From Protoeuglena noctilucae (Eukaryota), in contig OY253683.1 in NCBI GenBank assembly GCA_958009085.1, positions 868,001-932,000 of the forward strand: a stretch of DNA of 64,000 bases, given 5' to 3'. Made by a program: the position numbers and the translations under genes. This document shows positions 61,201-64,000 of the stretch, one piece after another. The notes beneath the pieces are model-generated. The model saw only the letters and a list, made by a program, of their open reading frames with translations, did not search any database and was not told where the DNA came from. Position 1 is the first letter of the stretch; each line of letters begins with the position of its first letter.

Positions 61201-61515
61201 TGCATCTGCACGATTTGTTGATAACAAATGACACCTTCCAACCAAACCCAAAGGTCACAGGTCCTTTGTGTGATGCGCACGCAAGCGCATACTCCCGTTG
61301 CATCCGCCGGGCCCCCGCCACACATCCCCTCGCTCACCGTACAAGTCGAACTCGTCCAGGAACTCGCGCCCGAAGTCCGTCAAGAAGATGCGGTCGGCCA
61401 GCGCGGCGAGGTTGATCTCGATCGGCTCGTTCGGGTCGTCCTGCAGCGCCTCCCCGAGGTCGCCCTTCCCCACCAGCGCCTCCTTGGGCGCGACGGGGGA
61501 TCCCTTTCCCTTCAT
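58232..61515 (-). CDS. CCDC42/CFAP73-like (DUF4200) ciliary coiled-coil protein, multi-exon
   Basis: QTTVLMQKQRQLEHLERLLDDKRKEFVKRM, QFEQFVRDNDSKR, EFEDPTDMIRRFQTL, LAEARNAITHLF. Confidence 0.75.
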
Positions 61516-62266
61516 CTCTGTCGCACAAACGCAGGCAAGCGCGGCGCGCCTCGTCGGACCTGCGGGGCCCAACGTCGACATTCACAACGGTTAGCAGCCG
61601 GGGTCGCGGCCGCCGAAATGCCAGCGACCGGACGCGCGTAGACATGCATGTGTGTGTAGCGACCGCGACCGTGCATGCGGCGGCGAGCGGCGGCTGACGA
61701 GCGCGGCTCCAGCACGGGCGCGGCATGTGCGCACCCGTGCAGCGCCGGGTCGGGCACGGCAGGCAGTGAAGTGCCCTCGGAGACCCAGTCACAGCAATAA
61801 CGAGCGACAGGGGCGAGCGTCAGGAGCCAAGAGGGGCAGCGAAGGCCACCGCGGGCCCCGAACGGTACACGGAACACAAAACCGGGCGTGTCCCGTTGCT
61901 TCGGTCATGCACGCAGGCCTCGCGCGCAGTCTCCACGAGGTGTAGCTTTCTGCTGACCGTGGCGCTGCAACTGCAGCTGCGGTGCTAGAACACCCTGAGA
62001 ACCCTACCCGCCAAAAGAGAAGCTTTGTTGGAAATGAAGGGATACGCGTGCTGTGTATCACTGACACATGGCTGCGGTAGCTAGGGCGGAGGTTGTCACT
62101 CGCGAGAAACGGCGTACATTGGCAACGTGGCGCACACAGGTTTAGCATCCAGCGCTAGCGGGCAGGCATAAAATCTTTCCCGTTGCTGAACAGTGCGTAA
62201 GAGTTCCATCGACGCCTTGTTTGGGCGGCCCAGGGTGGCCCCCGGCCTGGGCAGCTCGCCGCAGCG

Positions 62267-64000
62267 ATGGAAGGCCCGGCGGGCGGCTCCCCCGAGGGGC
62301 TGACGGTGGCGGTGGAGGGCTGCGGACACGGGGACCTTGATAACATCTATGCGACGATCAAGGACATCGAGGTGACCCTGCACGGCGCCGGGAGGACCGT
62401 GTGAAGAGGCACGGGTTCTGCGAGGCCGCTTCGAGCCGCACAGCCCTCTGATGTGCCTGCCGCTGCAGTCTGCGAGTTCTATTATGCCACCAGAATGCAT
62501 CGGGATGGTATTGCTGCCCTGAACCGCGCGCGAGGCCGAATACACTCTTCCACGCCTCGCTGCCCCTCTGCACTCGATCCCCGCCGCGTCTCCTGGCTCC
62601 GCAGTCCCGTCAGCGCATCAAGGTCGATCTTCTGATCATCTGCGGGGACTTTGAGGCGGTGCGCAACGAGCAGGACCTCGAAACCATGGCCGTTCCTCCC
62701 AAGTACCGCCACATGGGGGATTTCCCGAAGTACTACGCCGGGGAAGCGCAGGCGCCGGTACCCACGCTGTTCATCGGAGGGAATCACGAGGCCTCGGCGC
62801 ATCTCTGGTGAGCAAGCCCTCGCCGGCGCGCAGGACCACGCGCGTTTCACACGAACAAAGTGTTGTTGATTTGCATATCAACAAGCTGTTGATATGCAAA
62901 CTGTACATTATAACGTATCGCGCATGCTTCACATCGTGCGAGTCGATTATCGCTTGCAGGGAGCTCTACTACGGTGGCTTCGCTGCACCGGGGATGTATT
63001 ACCTGGGTCACGCAGGGGTGGTGCGCTTCGGGGGACTTCGCATCGCGGGGCTGAGCGGGATATTCAAATCCCACGACTATCGGAAGGGCCACTTTGAGAG
63101 GCCACCCTACACGGCGTCCACCATGCGCAGGCGAGGGAGGGAGGGTGGCAGTGGGGGTACGGGGGTATGGCGGAGAGAGGGGGGCGATTAATTGGTTGTG
63201 TGCACTATGCGCGCTGCAGTTATGCATATATATCGTGCTGTGTCTCTCCCGCAGTGCGTATCACGTCCGTGAGCTGGAGGTGTACCGGTTGATGCAGCTG
63301 AGGGAGCCCGTGGACGTGGGGCTGTCCCACGACTGGTGAGCGCGTCTTGTTAGTGTGTATGTGGTATATGCTAACATGTGTGCTAGCATGTATGCTAACT
63401 GATGGTGGTTTTGATGATCTGACCGGGTACCATTGGATGCACGAGATGACATAGCATACCCCACTGATACATTTGAACCGTTGCATACCCCGTCCCCCCA
63501 TCACCACCCATGCACTCAGGCCGTCGGGCATTGTTGAGTACGGCGACAAGCACGCGCTGCTGAGGGCCAAGCCGTACTTCCGGGACGAGGTGGAGGCGAG
63601 TGACGGGGGGTGAAATAGGATGGGAATGAGCAGGCGACATCACTCACTTCCACACTCAGTCCCTCCCTTACTCACTCGCATTCATTCCCACTCAACCCCA
63701 CCCCCCGCAGCGCAACGAATTGGGCAGCCCCCCCGCCATGTCCCTCCTCCGCGCCCTCCGCCCCCGCTTCTGGTTCAGCGCCCACATGCACTGCAAGTTC
63801 CCAGCAGTCGTGCACCACGATGACAGTCACAGTCACGATGTGGGCGCTAACAACCACGGCGACAATACCGATATCGACATCAACAATGACCATCCGCACT
63901 CGACGCGCTTCCTGTCTCTGGACAAGTGCCTGCCCAAGCGACACTTCCTGCAAGTGAGAGTGAATTGCTGGGTGTGGGTGTGCAGCCTATTGCACATGAG
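62267..64000 (+). CDS. DBR1: RNA lariat debranching enzyme (runs off the window end)
   Basis: [70 protein letters not shown]. Confidence 0.97.

Noticed and set aside
88..64000. Most Pro/His/Thr- or Gly/Trp/Val-rich ORFs in the track
   Set aside because: They are translations of low-complexity introns or antisense frames.
62267..64000. Link between DBR1 and the unusual introns or retroelement
   Set aside because: It is a standard housekeeping gene, and proximity alone is not evidence.

Overview
Intron-rich, GC-rich eukaryotic nuclear DNA. The gene content suggests a flagellated green alga; that assignment is inference. Both flanks (1-16.8 kb and 44.0-64 kb) hold compact spliced housekeeping genes: ZIP transporter, ciliary coiled-coil and ARM proteins, PepD, nucleoside hydrolase, RRP45, OCP3-like, MddA-like, mTERF, CCDC42/CFAP73-like and DBR1. 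Between two divergent genes lies a 27-kb island (16848-44014) whose ends are inward-facing copies of a 5S rDNA unit. The left 5S gene is full length (17156-17275). The right one is split at nt ~49/50 by an 18.7-kb block flanked by the direct repeat CTGCACTGG. Both units switch, at the same point ~145 nt past the 5S 3' end, into differently truncated copies of one sequence. The longer copy is an L1/Tx1-like retrotransposon with RNase H, which suggests 5S-targeted insertion. The 18.7-kb block carries kinase-RING-IBR-like genes with swappable C-terminal repeat domains (including 144-bp beta-helix repeats with hypervariable positions), two secreted EF-hand paralogs, an Aurora-like kinase and gene fragments. 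Across the window the introns are unusual: at least 13 GC-AG introns, G-rich 5' and C-rich 3' halves, and many decayed copies of exon edges inside adjacent introns. Exon coordinates were read by eye, and gene ends marked approximate are uncertain.
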